A stretch of 20,000 nt of DNA from an uncultured virus (IMG/VR IMGVR_UViG_3300046685_000084) (Duplodnaviria; Heunggongvirae; Uroviricota; Caudoviricetes): IMG/VR virus record IMGVR_UViG_3300046685_000084. One strand, 5' to 3'. The notes under the pieces are model-generated. The model had not been told where the DNA came from, ran no database searches, and saw nothing but the letters and a program-made list of their open reading frames with translations. The stretch's first letter is position 1, and every line of letters starts with the position of its first letter. Positions 1 to 8,567 of the stretch are shown here, one piece after another. The position numbers and the translations under genes are program-made.

Positions 1-2
1 CC

Positions 3-524
3 AATACTACAGACTATAATGCCAAGGTGGGTCAGCAACCATTTAGATATGATATGTTGGGTCGTTTTGGCTTTACATTAATGCCTTTCATGGAAGGCAA
101 AGAAGAAAACGAAGGTCAAAAGGAATTACTTAATGATTTATCGAAACTTATGCATGACAAATTCATGGAAATCATCAAGTATTATTATAAGAATCCAAAT
201 AAATTAAAATCAGATTATAGAAAAGCATCTGCAGATAATGCAGAGCATTCAGAAGAATGTCAGAAAGCTGATATGGAATCAGCAAGAAAGATTATTAAGG
301 TTGTTGAAAAACATTTTGAAAACGCATTTAAAAAACCCGAAATAATTGATGAAGCTGCAATGCTTGAAGACAAAGTAATTGACAAAAGAACTGAAGACGA
401 AATCAGTGAAAAATCTGAAGACAAAGAAATTAGCGATAAAAAACTTGAAAAAATTGCTGGCTTAATAAATAAGTTGGACCAAAAAGATATTGATAAGATA
501 AAGAATTTATTGGAAGCAAAATAA
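3..524 (+). CDS. Hypothetical phage protein, probably 5'-truncated by the window edge; acidic/lysine-rich C-terminus
   Basis: Frame is open from position 3 (NTTDYNAK) through the GTG at 27 to TAA at 522-524. The stop overlaps the next ATG (TAATG). No family recognised. Confidence 0.75.
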   Translation, partial: NTTDYNAKVGQQPFRYDMLGRFGFTLMPFMEGKEENEGQKELLNDLSKLMHDKFMEIIKYYYKNPNKLKSDYRKASADNAEHSEECQKADMESARKIIKVVEKHFENAFKKPEIIDEAAMLEDKVIDKRTEDEISEKSEDKEISDKKLEKIAGLINKLDQKDIDKIKNLLEAK

Positions 525-1321
525 TGGCAAACTCACAATTACTCGATAAACAGTATAGGATACCCCCAGACGTGTTGAAATACATTCAGATGACCTTGGT
601 ATCCAATCCAAGTGGTGAAGGCGTTAAACGAGCCAAATTCATGCTTAATAATGGTGTAATTACATATCAAGCAATGAAAAGACTTAAAAACTTTTTTGAT
701 TATTTTAATTCAGAGTCTGGTGACAAAATACAGTATGCACTTGCTGGTGGAAATTTGATGAAGCAATTTATTGAAACTTCATTGGCGCAAGATAGAGCAG
801 GTGTTGCAAGGTCTAAGGAAGTTCGCCAAGATATGACAGCAGAGCCGAGTTCAGAATTAATGCCATATCAGACACCAAGGTTGAATGAAGAAGATAAAAA
901 AGAAAAGAAAACTGATTTAAAAAAGAATGCTTGTGCGGTAATAGTAAATAAGGACAATAAAATACTTTTGCTTAAAAGAGCAGAAGGTAAAGATATTTGG
1001 ATGCCAAAAAAATGGGCATTGGTTGGTGGTGGTATTGAAAAGGGCGAAACTCCGTTAAGAGCAATAGAAAGAGAAATACTTGAAGAAATTGGAATGGAAA
1101 TCCCGAAGTTTGTTAAGACATTTACTATACAAAGAAATCCCGATAGTATTGAAACAATCTTTGCTTGCCGTTTCGAAGGCGACCCAACAGAAATTGAATT
1201 AAATAATGAAAATACAAATTATGGTTGGTACGATGTAGATGAAATGCATTTTCTCGATACTGTGCCAAACTTAATTGAATATGTTACATTAGCATTTACA
1301 GGTAAAAAATATAACGACTAA
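524..1321 (+). CDS. Two-domain protein: uncharacterised helical N-terminal domain plus C-terminal Nudix hydrolase
   Basis: Canonical Nudix box GX5EX7REUXEEXGU = G-GIEKG-E-TPLRAIE-RE-IL-EE-IGM (nt ~1028-1096), preceded by the typical 'ILLLKR...W.L.GG'. Domains are separated by 'RLNEEDKKEKK'. Confidence 0.9.
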   Translation: MANSQLLDKQYRIPPDVLKYIQMTLVSNPSGEGVKRAKFMLNNGVITYQAMKRLKNFFDYFNSESGDKIQYALAGGNLMKQFIETSLAQDRAGVARSKEVRQDMTAEPSSELMPYQTPRLNEEDKKEKKTDLKKNACAVIVNKDNKILLLKRAEGKDIWMPKKWALVGGGIEKGETPLRAIEREILEEIGMEIPKFVKTFTIQRNPDSIETIFACRFEGDPTEIELNNENTNYGWYDVDEMHFLDTVPNLIEYVTLAFTGKKYND

Positions 1322-1322
1322 T

Positions 1323-1331
1323 GTATTTATA
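1323..1331 (+). promoter_or_regulatory. GTATTTATA putative phage late promoter
   Basis: Recurrent intergenic motif, 31 nt upstream of ATG 1363. Confidence 0.65.
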
Positions 1332-1362
1332 AGAAATAACATTAAAAACTAAAACAAAAAAT

Positions 1363-1602
1363 ATGAGCAGATTAGAAGACATAAGCGTACCTTTCAGAAA
1401 AATCGAAATCGCAAGAAATGATTATGATAATAATGACCAATATAATGCAGGTCATCCCGATGCATTATCAACTGGCGATGAACAAGGTAAGGGCGAAGTA
1501 AATGGTGAAGTTGGTGGTGCAACGGACATCAAAACAAGAAAAGTCTTAATGACCAAAAACAAATTCAACCGTAACAGAGAATACAACGCAGGAACAGCAT
1601 AA
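1363..1602 (+). CDS. Small hypothetical protein (79 aa) with an internal 19-aa repeat
   Basis: ORF follows the promoter motif and an A-rich leader. Repeats are RKIEIARNDYDNNDQYNAG and RKVLMTKNKFNRNREYNAG. Confidence 0.8.
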   Translation: MSRLEDISVPFRKIEIARNDYDNNDQYNAGHPDALSTGDEQGKGEVNGEVGGATDIKTRKVLMTKNKFNRNREYNAGTA

Positions 1603-1603
1603 A

Positions 1604-2497
1604 ATGTTAACTGAAGTTAAAATATTCTTAGAATCTTTGACCCACTTTAGGCAACTTTTAAATGAAGGCGTTGGGGAGGGTAGTATTGTTGATGCCATTA
1701 ATAAGCATAAGATAGTTTATATTTATTATGCTGGTGATGAAACTGTTATGAAGGGTTATCGAACAATATATCCATTGGTATTGGGTCAAAGCAAATCAAA
1801 AAAAGCACAAGAAGAAGGTGGTTATGCATTACTTAGAGCATGGCAGGAAGCAGGCAACACAGATAGTAGAAAAGTATATTATAACCAAAAGGGAAAAGCT
1901 AAATCTGGTTGGCGATTATTTAGAGTAGATAAAATAACTTCATTTTTGCCAACAGGTCAGATTTTTAGTACTGACCCGCAGAAATTTCCCGATATCAAGT
2001 CATATAATCCCGATGATTCTCAAATGACAGGCATTGTAGCTGCCGTACAAATTGATAGTGGCAAGCCACAAACTAATGTTGTTGGTAATACTACTGCACA
2101 AAAGATTGAACCTGAACAGCCATCGGCATTTGCGGGACAAAAAGATAAGTTTCGTAAATTCTCAAATGTTGCCAGAAAACAAAGAGATATTACTGCTGAT
2201 GAAATTCAACATTTGTGGGGTATGGTAAATCAAATGAGGGCAGGCGGGTCAAGGGCAAAATATTGGGTGGTTAGTACGGAGAATGGTGATATGGTGTTGA
2301 AGACCGAAAATCAATTAAAGGATGTCGACCCCAATGCAGTAGTCGGAAATTTGAAAGATTTATATATCAGATTAGTTAAGCCAAATGAAAAAGCCGATAC
2401 AAGTTTTTTCAAAAATGTCGAGAAAGATACTATTCAAGAATTAAATCGAACAAATATTGCACAAGAAAATGTAAATAAACCGACTTTTTTCAAATAA
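1604..2497 (+). CDS. WYL-domain protein with C-terminal extension (no HTH seen)
   Basis: WYL-like pattern 'IYY...GYRTIYPLVLG...LLRAWQ...GWRLFRVDKI'. Confidence 0.75.
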   Translation: MLTEVKIFLESLTHFRQLLNEGVGEGSIVDAINKHKIVYIYYAGDETVMKGYRTIYPLVLGQSKSKKAQEEGGYALLRAWQEAGNTDSRKVYYNQKGKAKSGWRLFRVDKITSFLPTGQIFSTDPQKFPDIKSYNPDDSQMTGIVAAVQIDSGKPQTNVVGNTTAQKIEPEQPSAFAGQKDKFRKFSNVARKQRDITADEIQHLWGMVNQMRAGGSRAKYWVVSTENGDMVLKTENQLKDVDPNAVVGNLKDLYIRLVKPNEKADTSFFKNVEKDTIQELNRTNIAQENVNKPTFFK

Positions 2498-2501
2498 CCA
2501 C

Positions 2502-2510
2502 GTATTTATT
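2502..2510 (+). promoter_or_regulatory. GTATTTATT putative late promoter
   Basis: Recurrent intergenic motif, 33 nt upstream of ATG 2544. Confidence 0.6.
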
Positions 2511-2543
2511 ATAAAAAATAATAAAATTTTATAATTTAAGAAA

Positions 2544-3323
2544 ATGGCAAATATTAAACCCGATTTAAATAAACTTAGAACTGAGATAGATTCCCGTAAA
2601 CGTGAAAAGGGCACTCTTGTTGAAAATGCTCAAGGTGTACAAATGCCTGCAAAGGATGTGTTCTTAAATAGTTTGATGACTTCTGTTTTAACAGGTCAAA
2701 ATACGCCAGTTGTGAACAATATAAAGACAATGAATGAAAGGGCAGATATTGTTAGTGGCGCAATTAAAACGGGTATAGTAACTCCAGAAGCAATAAATAA
2801 AATAAAGGAACTAAAGAATTCCACTGGTTATGTTGCTCCTGCTCCAGTAGCCACTCATCCACAATTTCGACAGCCAGTAAATGAAGTTGCCGAAATGTCA
2901 CCAGACAGAGAAGATGCATTTTATGGCGACCTTAATAGGAAAGTAAAAAATATCACACTTGCTGAATCTATCGAAGGATTTAATAAAGAAAGAATAGCTA
3001 CAAATCCAAATCAATTATACAACGCTAAAGGGCAACCTGTTAATCCAGATGGAAGTTTATTAAATCCACCTGCATTAACATTTAATAATAATGGTATGCC
3101 AATGTTAAATGAAGGTTATTTGGTAGAAAACGTGAAGAAAGTTGTTAGCAACTATCTTATTGAAAATTTAGGTCCTATTATGGAAGAATCGATTAAAAGT
3201 ACGATTCTTGAACTCTATGCAGTTGACCGAATAAAAGAAGTGCTTACCGAGAATAAGGAAATGATAAAAACGATAGTGTACGAAACTATACGAGAACTTC
3301 AAGCAAAGAAAAAGGGACAGTAA
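2544..3323 (+). CDS. Hypothetical protein, possibly prohead core/scaffold-like
   Basis: 259-aa ORF with a helical C-terminus and many [LIV]-x-E motifs (LVE, VNE, LAE, LNE, LIE, LTE, IRE). Function is inference only. Confidence 0.7.
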   Translation: MANIKPDLNKLRTEIDSRKREKGTLVENAQGVQMPAKDVFLNSLMTSVLTGQNTPVVNNIKTMNERADIVSGAIKTGIVTPEAINKIKELKNSTGYVAPAPVATHPQFRQPVNEVAEMSPDREDAFYGDLNRKVKNITLAESIEGFNKERIATNPNQLYNAKGQPVNPDGSLLNPPALTFNNNGMPMLNEGYLVENVKKVVSNYLIENLGPIMEESIKSTILELYAVDRIKEVLTENKEMIKTIVYETIRELQAKKKGQ

Positions 3324-3339
3324 GATGTCCTTTCTTTTT
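3312..3339 (+). terminator. Rho-independent terminator overlapping the stop of 2544..3323
   Basis: AAGGGACA-gtaaga-TGTCCTTT stem-loop (one G-U pair) followed by CTTTTT. Confidence 0.6.
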
Positions 3340-3351
3340 ATAATCAAGTTT

Positions 3352-3360
3352 GTATTTATT
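3352..3360 (+). promoter_or_regulatory. GTATTTATT putative late promoter
   Basis: Motif directly after the terminator, 20 nt upstream of ATG 3381. Confidence 0.6.
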
Positions 3361-3380
3361 AATAACTTAATATTCTTGGA

Positions 3381-6300
3381 ATGACATACGCTGAATTCAA
3401 ACAGAATTTCTTACCAGAATTTCTTAAAATCAAATCATTTGCAGGCAAAGTAAAATATGCCAGCCAATACCTCACAAGAATTGGTTCGGGTACTGGTAGA
3501 ATTGTATATGACATTGATGGCGAAAAAGTATTGAAACTTGCTAAGAATCCCAAGGGTGTTGCTCAGAATGAGACTGAAGCAGGTGCAGGATATTATCGTG
3601 ATACTCAGCATATAGTTACAATAGTATTTGATAGTGCTGATGATGATTCTTGGATAATTTCAGAAAAGGCTAAAAAGGTCAACGAAGCAAGAATTAAACA
3701 ACTGACAGGAATTCCAAATCTTATTGAATTGTGGAAATATTTAAAAAATCAGCATTCAGCCAATAGGGGTAAAGGACAACCATTACATCAAGAACCAGAT
3801 ATGGTTGAAGCGTTAGTCAACAATGAATTTGCACAAGATTTATATGAATTTATTGAAAATTATAGCCAAGAACCTGGCGATATGGATAGACCAAGTACAT
3901 TTGGTGAAGTATTACGTGACGGTCAACCGTCAATAGTGTTAACCGATTATGGACTTAATGATGAAGTTTATAATACCCATTATGCTCCAAAAAGACAACA
4001 AAATCATCGTATTTTTGAACTTTATAATTTCCAAGACGGTAATGATGATATTCTTGGCGATATGCCACCACAAGATGCCATTGATACACGTCAAGGTATG
4101 TGGGCATTAATGCCTTACAGTGTTGGTGATGGACCTGGAGTAATTAATGAAGAATTCCTGTCATTCGTAGAAAATACCGATAAATATCCACAAGAAATTA
4201 CGTTACCAAGTACTCCATACATACTTGACGAATTTCATAATGTAGTAAACAATCTCAAAGAAGTTCTCAACCACGTTAAAGACAAAAAGAAATTCTATGG
4301 TAAGTTATTGGAACTTCAAGATTATCTTATTAGAGGAAAATTCTATGACAGAGAACCGCTTGAAGAAGAAATAGTGCAATTACATGAAGCCAATACGCCT
4401 GGAGTTAAGCCGATGTCATTGAAAAAAGATTATAGTAATACTGTAGCCGAATCTGTTGCGCAAAAATTAAATCTTGGTACTGCCGAATTTCTTGGTGGTG
4501 GTGGATATGGATTTGCATACACAATTAATAACAATAGAGTATTGAAAATAACAACAGACGTATGTGAAGTAGATGCAGGGTTGAAAATTCAAAGAGCAAA
4601 ACCCCAAGCACTTGTGGCAGTTTATAATATATATAAAGTAATTGATAGAGAAAATAATATAACAACATATGCCCTTATTGAAGACCATATCGCAAATAAG
4701 CCGATTGATGAATTTTTTGGATACATTAGTACTATGAATGAAATTAGTATTGTAAATGAAATTAAGCCAAACACTAATTTATATGGAAATCTTTTAATTG
4801 CATTGAGAAAAAAGAAATTGGACGAATATGTAAAATTAAGTCAAAAAATTTTAACTGAAAATCCTACCGCAAATATATCTCAATTTGACAGGCAAAAGGC
4901 TTATCATTTTATGATGGGATTTCTTGAAATTAAAAGGGAATTAATACAACTTCAAATTAAGTCCGATGATTACAGTAATTTAGAAAATGTGGGTTATAAG
5001 AATAATATTTTAACATATTTTGATATTGGCGGTTGCTTTAATATAATGCAAGAACCACAACTTCCACCAGAAAACCGTATCATGCTTCCCGAAGGCGAAG
5101 AATTATTGGATGAGGGTGTTAGTAGAGAAAATGCCGATAAAATTGCTAACGTAGTTGCACAAAAATACTATAATACTGCTCCCAAATATATTGGTGAAGG
5201 AGTGTTTGGTGTTGCTTATGACATAGGCAATAATATGGTGCTAAAGGTTACGGGAGATAAAAGTGAGGCAAACGAAAATCTCATGCTTATTGGTAAACCA
5301 TTGGAACATATTGCAAAGCCATATAAGGTATTTTCAATTAAACCAAAATCTGGTGATACGGAATTATACATAATTATACTTGAAAAACTCCGAACTAATC
5401 CTGCCGAATTTAAAGCAATTAAAGACAGAATGGATTTTGCTTTTAAAAGAATAATGAATATTGATTATCCCGATGTGGTTGATTATTATGTTAATGGCTA
5501 TTCTCCAGGACTTGATGTTGATGAAGAAATGGTCGAAAAATATATGGCAAGAAATCCAAAAGATGCCGACTTTTTTTATGGAGTTGTGAGAATCGGAAGA
5601 GAAGCAAAAGAGTATAGTATTGAAAGTATGGATTATGTAAATCCCACTAATCTTGGATATATGCCAGACGGTAGTTTGGGTTTCTTTGATGTTGGTTTTG
5701 GTAATTATTTCTTTCAAGCAGATAAACAACCAGAAGAAATTCAAGTTGACGAAGATGGCTCTGCAAAATTCAGTACACCAAATAGTTTTGGTCAAGATAA
5801 TTTTCCACCATATGATAACACTGCTGACGATTCTCCTTTGACAGACAATAATGTTCCGACAACTGTTGATGAAGATTTAGAATATCATAATGTTGTGGGT
5901 GATGCGACACAGGATAAATATGAACTTGATGAAAGAATTAAGTCGTTTCAGCCAGGAAGTCAGAGTGTTGAAGTTAAGCAGAAGTGCAGATTAGCGGGTA
6001 ATGGAAATACTTCAACTGCATGCAATCAAGGAGATATTAATAATCTGAACATCAAGCCAATTAAAGAAAGTGCAGGAAATAGTTCTAAAGATTTTTGGGG
6101 ATGGGTTTCTCCGGACAATAAACTTATTAAAGTTCCATATCTCGACCATAGAAGTTTTATTGAGAAAAAATATCCTGAATATGCAAATGATGTTACCGAA
6201 TTATTTAACGTGGCATTTAGAGATGGCTGGGTTAGAGTGACATATGAATACAATCAAAGCAACTATCAAGGTAGTTTGGCTTTAAATGGATATGACAAAA

Positions 6301-8516
6301 GCAGAGTAAAACAAGTACTTAAAGATAAGTTTTTTAATTTAGTTAAATATGGTAACAATACAATTTATGTTGACTTTGAAGAGCCTTCAAGTAAAGAGCC
6401 ATATACTGTTCCGGATAATAGTTTGGCATTTTCGACACGTGATAGTGATGGAAAAGCTAAATTAATAAATTTTATAAGTGAAGAAATTGATGCTAAAGAA
6501 GTATATAATGATACAAACTACAATAAGGCACTTAAATCTGTTATTAATGGCAAAAGGGATGTGTGCTTTATTGAAATGAATCAGGCTAACGTAAATCTTG
6601 TTGAAAAGAATAAACTTCGTATTATTCCGACAAGAATGACATTACAGAATACTATGATGGCAATTGTTTATCGTGATAGTATTAAGGCGCATAAATTATA
6701 TGATATTGCTAAAAGTCATGGTGGATATCTTAACGATAAATCTGCTGAAGAAGCACGTGAAATTGGTCAATTATTGGGTTATAAAGAAGCAAGCATCGAA
6801 GAATATATACATAGAAAATACGGCAATAAAACACCAATAATGCCAGATAGGTCGCCTGATGATTTTGATGACCTTGCGGAAGGCGAATTTGATAATTATG
6901 AAAAAGAAATTGAGAAAGACAATCTAACACACGGTCTGGATAAAAAATTAATCAGAACTTATAATGATGGTATTGACGTTAATCCCGTCTATGCTGTTAA
7001 TGGTGATGAAGTACGTGAAAGTGGTTTTATTGAATGGGTTGAGGGTGGTAACCATTGGGTAGATTATGACTTACCGAGAAATGAACAGAAGTATGCAAAA
7101 CGCATACCTGCGGATGATTTGTGGGTTGATGACGTACATTTGGCAAAACCAAACGACTTTGAAGGAATATTATTGCACGAAAGAACTGAAAGTTATGTGA
7201 TAAAACATTATGGTTATACTTATGATGATGCACATGATATTGCAAATAAGATTGAATTACTCTTTAGAAAGAAAACACAAGAGCAAAATATTCAAAATGA
7301 TGAAGATTCTGAAGCATTAAGTAGTTCAATGTTTACCGCATTTAAGAAGCATTTTAAAGGCAAGAAAGGTCATACAAATTTTCAAAATGAAGGCGTGAGC
7401 GATGTTGCCGCAGAAAAACAATTTGGTATACAACAACCACATCAAGGCTTTGAAGATAAGTTTGCAAGAGACCAACAGGAAGATGTTGTTTATACTGACC
7501 CCAACAGTGATTTGGTAATTATTAGAAATCCTAAAAGACTTGATAGTATTTTTGGCTATGCCAGAGGCGTTATTGATACAATAGGAAATCTGTATATTGA
7601 ACAACGACCAACTGGAATACATTTTGATGTGCTATATGCATTAAATAAATTAGGTCTTGTTGAAGACGAAGAAGATTGGGATGTTAGACTTCCCCATAAT
7701 TTTGTAACAGTACAAAGATATTTAAGGTCCAACAAAATATTGCTTGGTGAATCGAATTTTGCAATGATTCCCGATAAAGAAAGACCCACACTTAGTAAAA
7801 CATGGCAGGCAATTCCAACTTATGAAGAAGCCAAGCCAGTTTATCAAAGATTCTTAGATAGAGCAAAACAAAAAACACCTGTTTTTGAATTTATTAATGA
7901 ACCTCTGCAGAGATATAAAAAGAAAATTGAGGCGGGTGCAGTAAACGAATTATTTGAAAATAAGCCTACCACGCAATGCAAAGAAGTTCAACTAACTTCT
8001 GAAATCAGAGAATATTTACAGAAGTTCGATTCAGATGAAGAACTTTTGAGAAGTGGTGGAATTCCTGTCGATATGCTTGATAGAGCAGCATTTGGATTTG
8101 ATGACAGCCTTAAAGAATTAATGCCCAAACAATTATCAATTAAATGGAACGATGATTTAGAAAATGTTAAGTGGGAGGTAAAAAAGAAAGGATTAACTGA
8201 TGTTGATTACGCAAAAAAGATTAACTTAGCCGAGCCAATTGATGTGTCATTTGATGGTAAAAATTTTAATATTGAAGATGGTCATCATAGGTATTATGCT
8301 GCGAGTGTATTAAATTTGCCGTTGAAAATTAATCTCGAAATAAAGGCAAATCCGGTTGCAGCTTTAAGTCAAGGTATGGGATATGATGATTTTCATAGGT
8401 GTATATGGAAACAAGCACATAATGTAACAGAAATATTGAACGAAAATATGGTTAATGAGACAGAATTAATTTTAAATAATATTAACGAAGCAAAAATGAT
8501 GATGAAAATAATGTAA
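3381..8516 (+). CDS. 1711-aa polyvalent multidomain protein: three protein-kinase-fold domains, Cys-motif segment, GW..P..H..GWVR domain, IG.LLGY domain, zincin-like HExxE domain, unknown shared domain, ParB/Srx-like domain
   Basis: Kinase motifs: IGSGTGRIVY/VLK/GD/DYG; LGGGGYGFAY/VLK/DYSNLEN/FDIG; IGEGVFGVAY/VLK/DYVNPTN/FDVG. Zincin-like LLHERTE...AH...E. ParB/Srx IEDGHHRYYAA. Confidence 0.85.
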   Translation: MTYAEFKQNFLPEFLKIKSFAGKVKYASQYLTRIGSGTGRIVYDIDGEKVLKLAKNPKGVAQNETEAGAGYYRDTQHIVTIVFDSADDDSWIISEKAKKVNEARIKQLTGIPNLIELWKYLKNQHSANRGKGQPLHQEPDMVEALVNNEFAQDLYEFIENYSQEPGDMDRPSTFGEVLRDGQPSIVLTDYGLNDEVYNTHYAPKRQQNHRIFELYNFQDGNDDILGDMPPQDAIDTRQGMWALMPYSVGDGPGVINEEFLSFVENTDKYPQEITLPSTPYILDEFHNVVNNLKEVLNHVKDKKKFYGKLLELQDYLIRGKFYDREPLEEEIVQLHEANTPGVKPMSLKKDYSNTVAESVAQKLNLGTAEFLGGGGYGFAYTINNNRVLKITTDVCEVDAGLKIQRAKPQALVAVYNIYKVIDRENNITTYALIEDHIANKPIDEFFGYISTMNEISIVNEIKPNTNLYGNLLIALRKKKLDEYVKLSQKILTENPTANISQFDRQKAYHFMMGFLEIKRELIQLQIKSDDYSNLENVGYKNNILTYFDIGGCFNIMQEPQLPPENRIMLPEGEELLDEGVSRENADKIANVVAQKYYNTAPKYIGEGVFGVAYDIGNNMVLKVTGDKSEANENLMLIGKPLEHIAKPYKVFSIKPKSGDTELYIIILEKLRTNPAEFKAIKDRMDFAFKRIMNIDYPDVVDYYVNGYSPGLDVDEEMVEKYMARNPKDADFFYGVVRIGREAKEYSIESMDYVNPTNLGYMPDGSLGFFDVGFGNYFFQADKQPEEIQVDEDGSAKFSTPNSFGQDNFPPYDNTADDSPLTDNNVPTTVDEDLEYHNVVGDATQDKYELDERIKSFQPGSQSVEVKQKCRLAGNGNTSTACNQGDINNLNIKPIKESAGNSSKDFWGWVSPDNKLIKVPYLDHRSFIEKKYPEYANDVTELFNVAFRDGWVRVTYEYNQSNYQGSLALNGYDKSRVKQVLKDKFFNLVKYGNNTIYVDFEEPSSKEPYTVPDNSLAFSTRDSDGKAKLINFISEEIDAKEVYNDTNYNKALKSVINGKRDVCFIEMNQANVNLVEKNKLRIIPTRMTLQNTMMAIVYRDSIKAHKLYDIAKSHGGYLNDKSAEEAREIGQLLGYKEASIEEYIHRKYGNKTPIMPDRSPDDFDDLAEGEFDNYEKEIEKDNLTHGLDKKLIRTYNDGIDVNPVYAVNGDEVRESGFIEWVEGGNHWVDYDLPRNEQKYAKRIPADDLWVDDVHLAKPNDFEGILLHERTESYVIKHYGYTYDDAHDIANKIELLFRKKTQEQNIQNDEDSEALSSSMFTAFKKHFKGKKGHTNFQNEGVSDVAAEKQFGIQQPHQGFEDKFARDQQEDVVYTDPNSDLVIIRNPKRLDSIFGYARGVIDTIGNLYIEQRPTGIHFDVLYALNKLGLVEDEEDWDVRLPHNFVTVQRYLRSNKILLGESNFAMIPDKERPTLSKTWQAIPTYEEAKPVYQRFLDRAKQKTPVFEFINEPLQRYKKKIEAGAVNELFENKPTTQCKEVQLTSEIREYLQKFDSDEELLRSGGIPVDMLDRAAFGFDDSLKELMPKQLSIKWNDDLENVKWEVKKKGLTDVDYAKKINLAEPIDVSFDGKNFNIEDGHHRYYAASVLNLPLKINLEIKANPVAALSQGMGYDDFHRCIWKQAHNVTEILNENMVNETELILNNINEAKMMMKIM

Positions 8517-8545
8517 ATAATATGATTCTTTTAGTAGACATGTTA

Positions 8546-8554
8546 GTATTTATA
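8546..8554 (+). promoter_or_regulatory. GTATTTATA putative late promoter of the homing endonuclease gene
   Basis: Motif 13 nt upstream of ATG 8568. Confidence 0.6.
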
Positions 8555-8567
8555 TAAAAATATTAAC

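Noticed and set aside
360..445. Short imperfect repeats (gaagacaaagtaatt / gaagacaaagaaatt; EDKVIDK/EDEISEK/EDKEISDK)
   Set aside because: Low-complexity charged coding sequence, not a CRISPR array or a regular tandem repeat.
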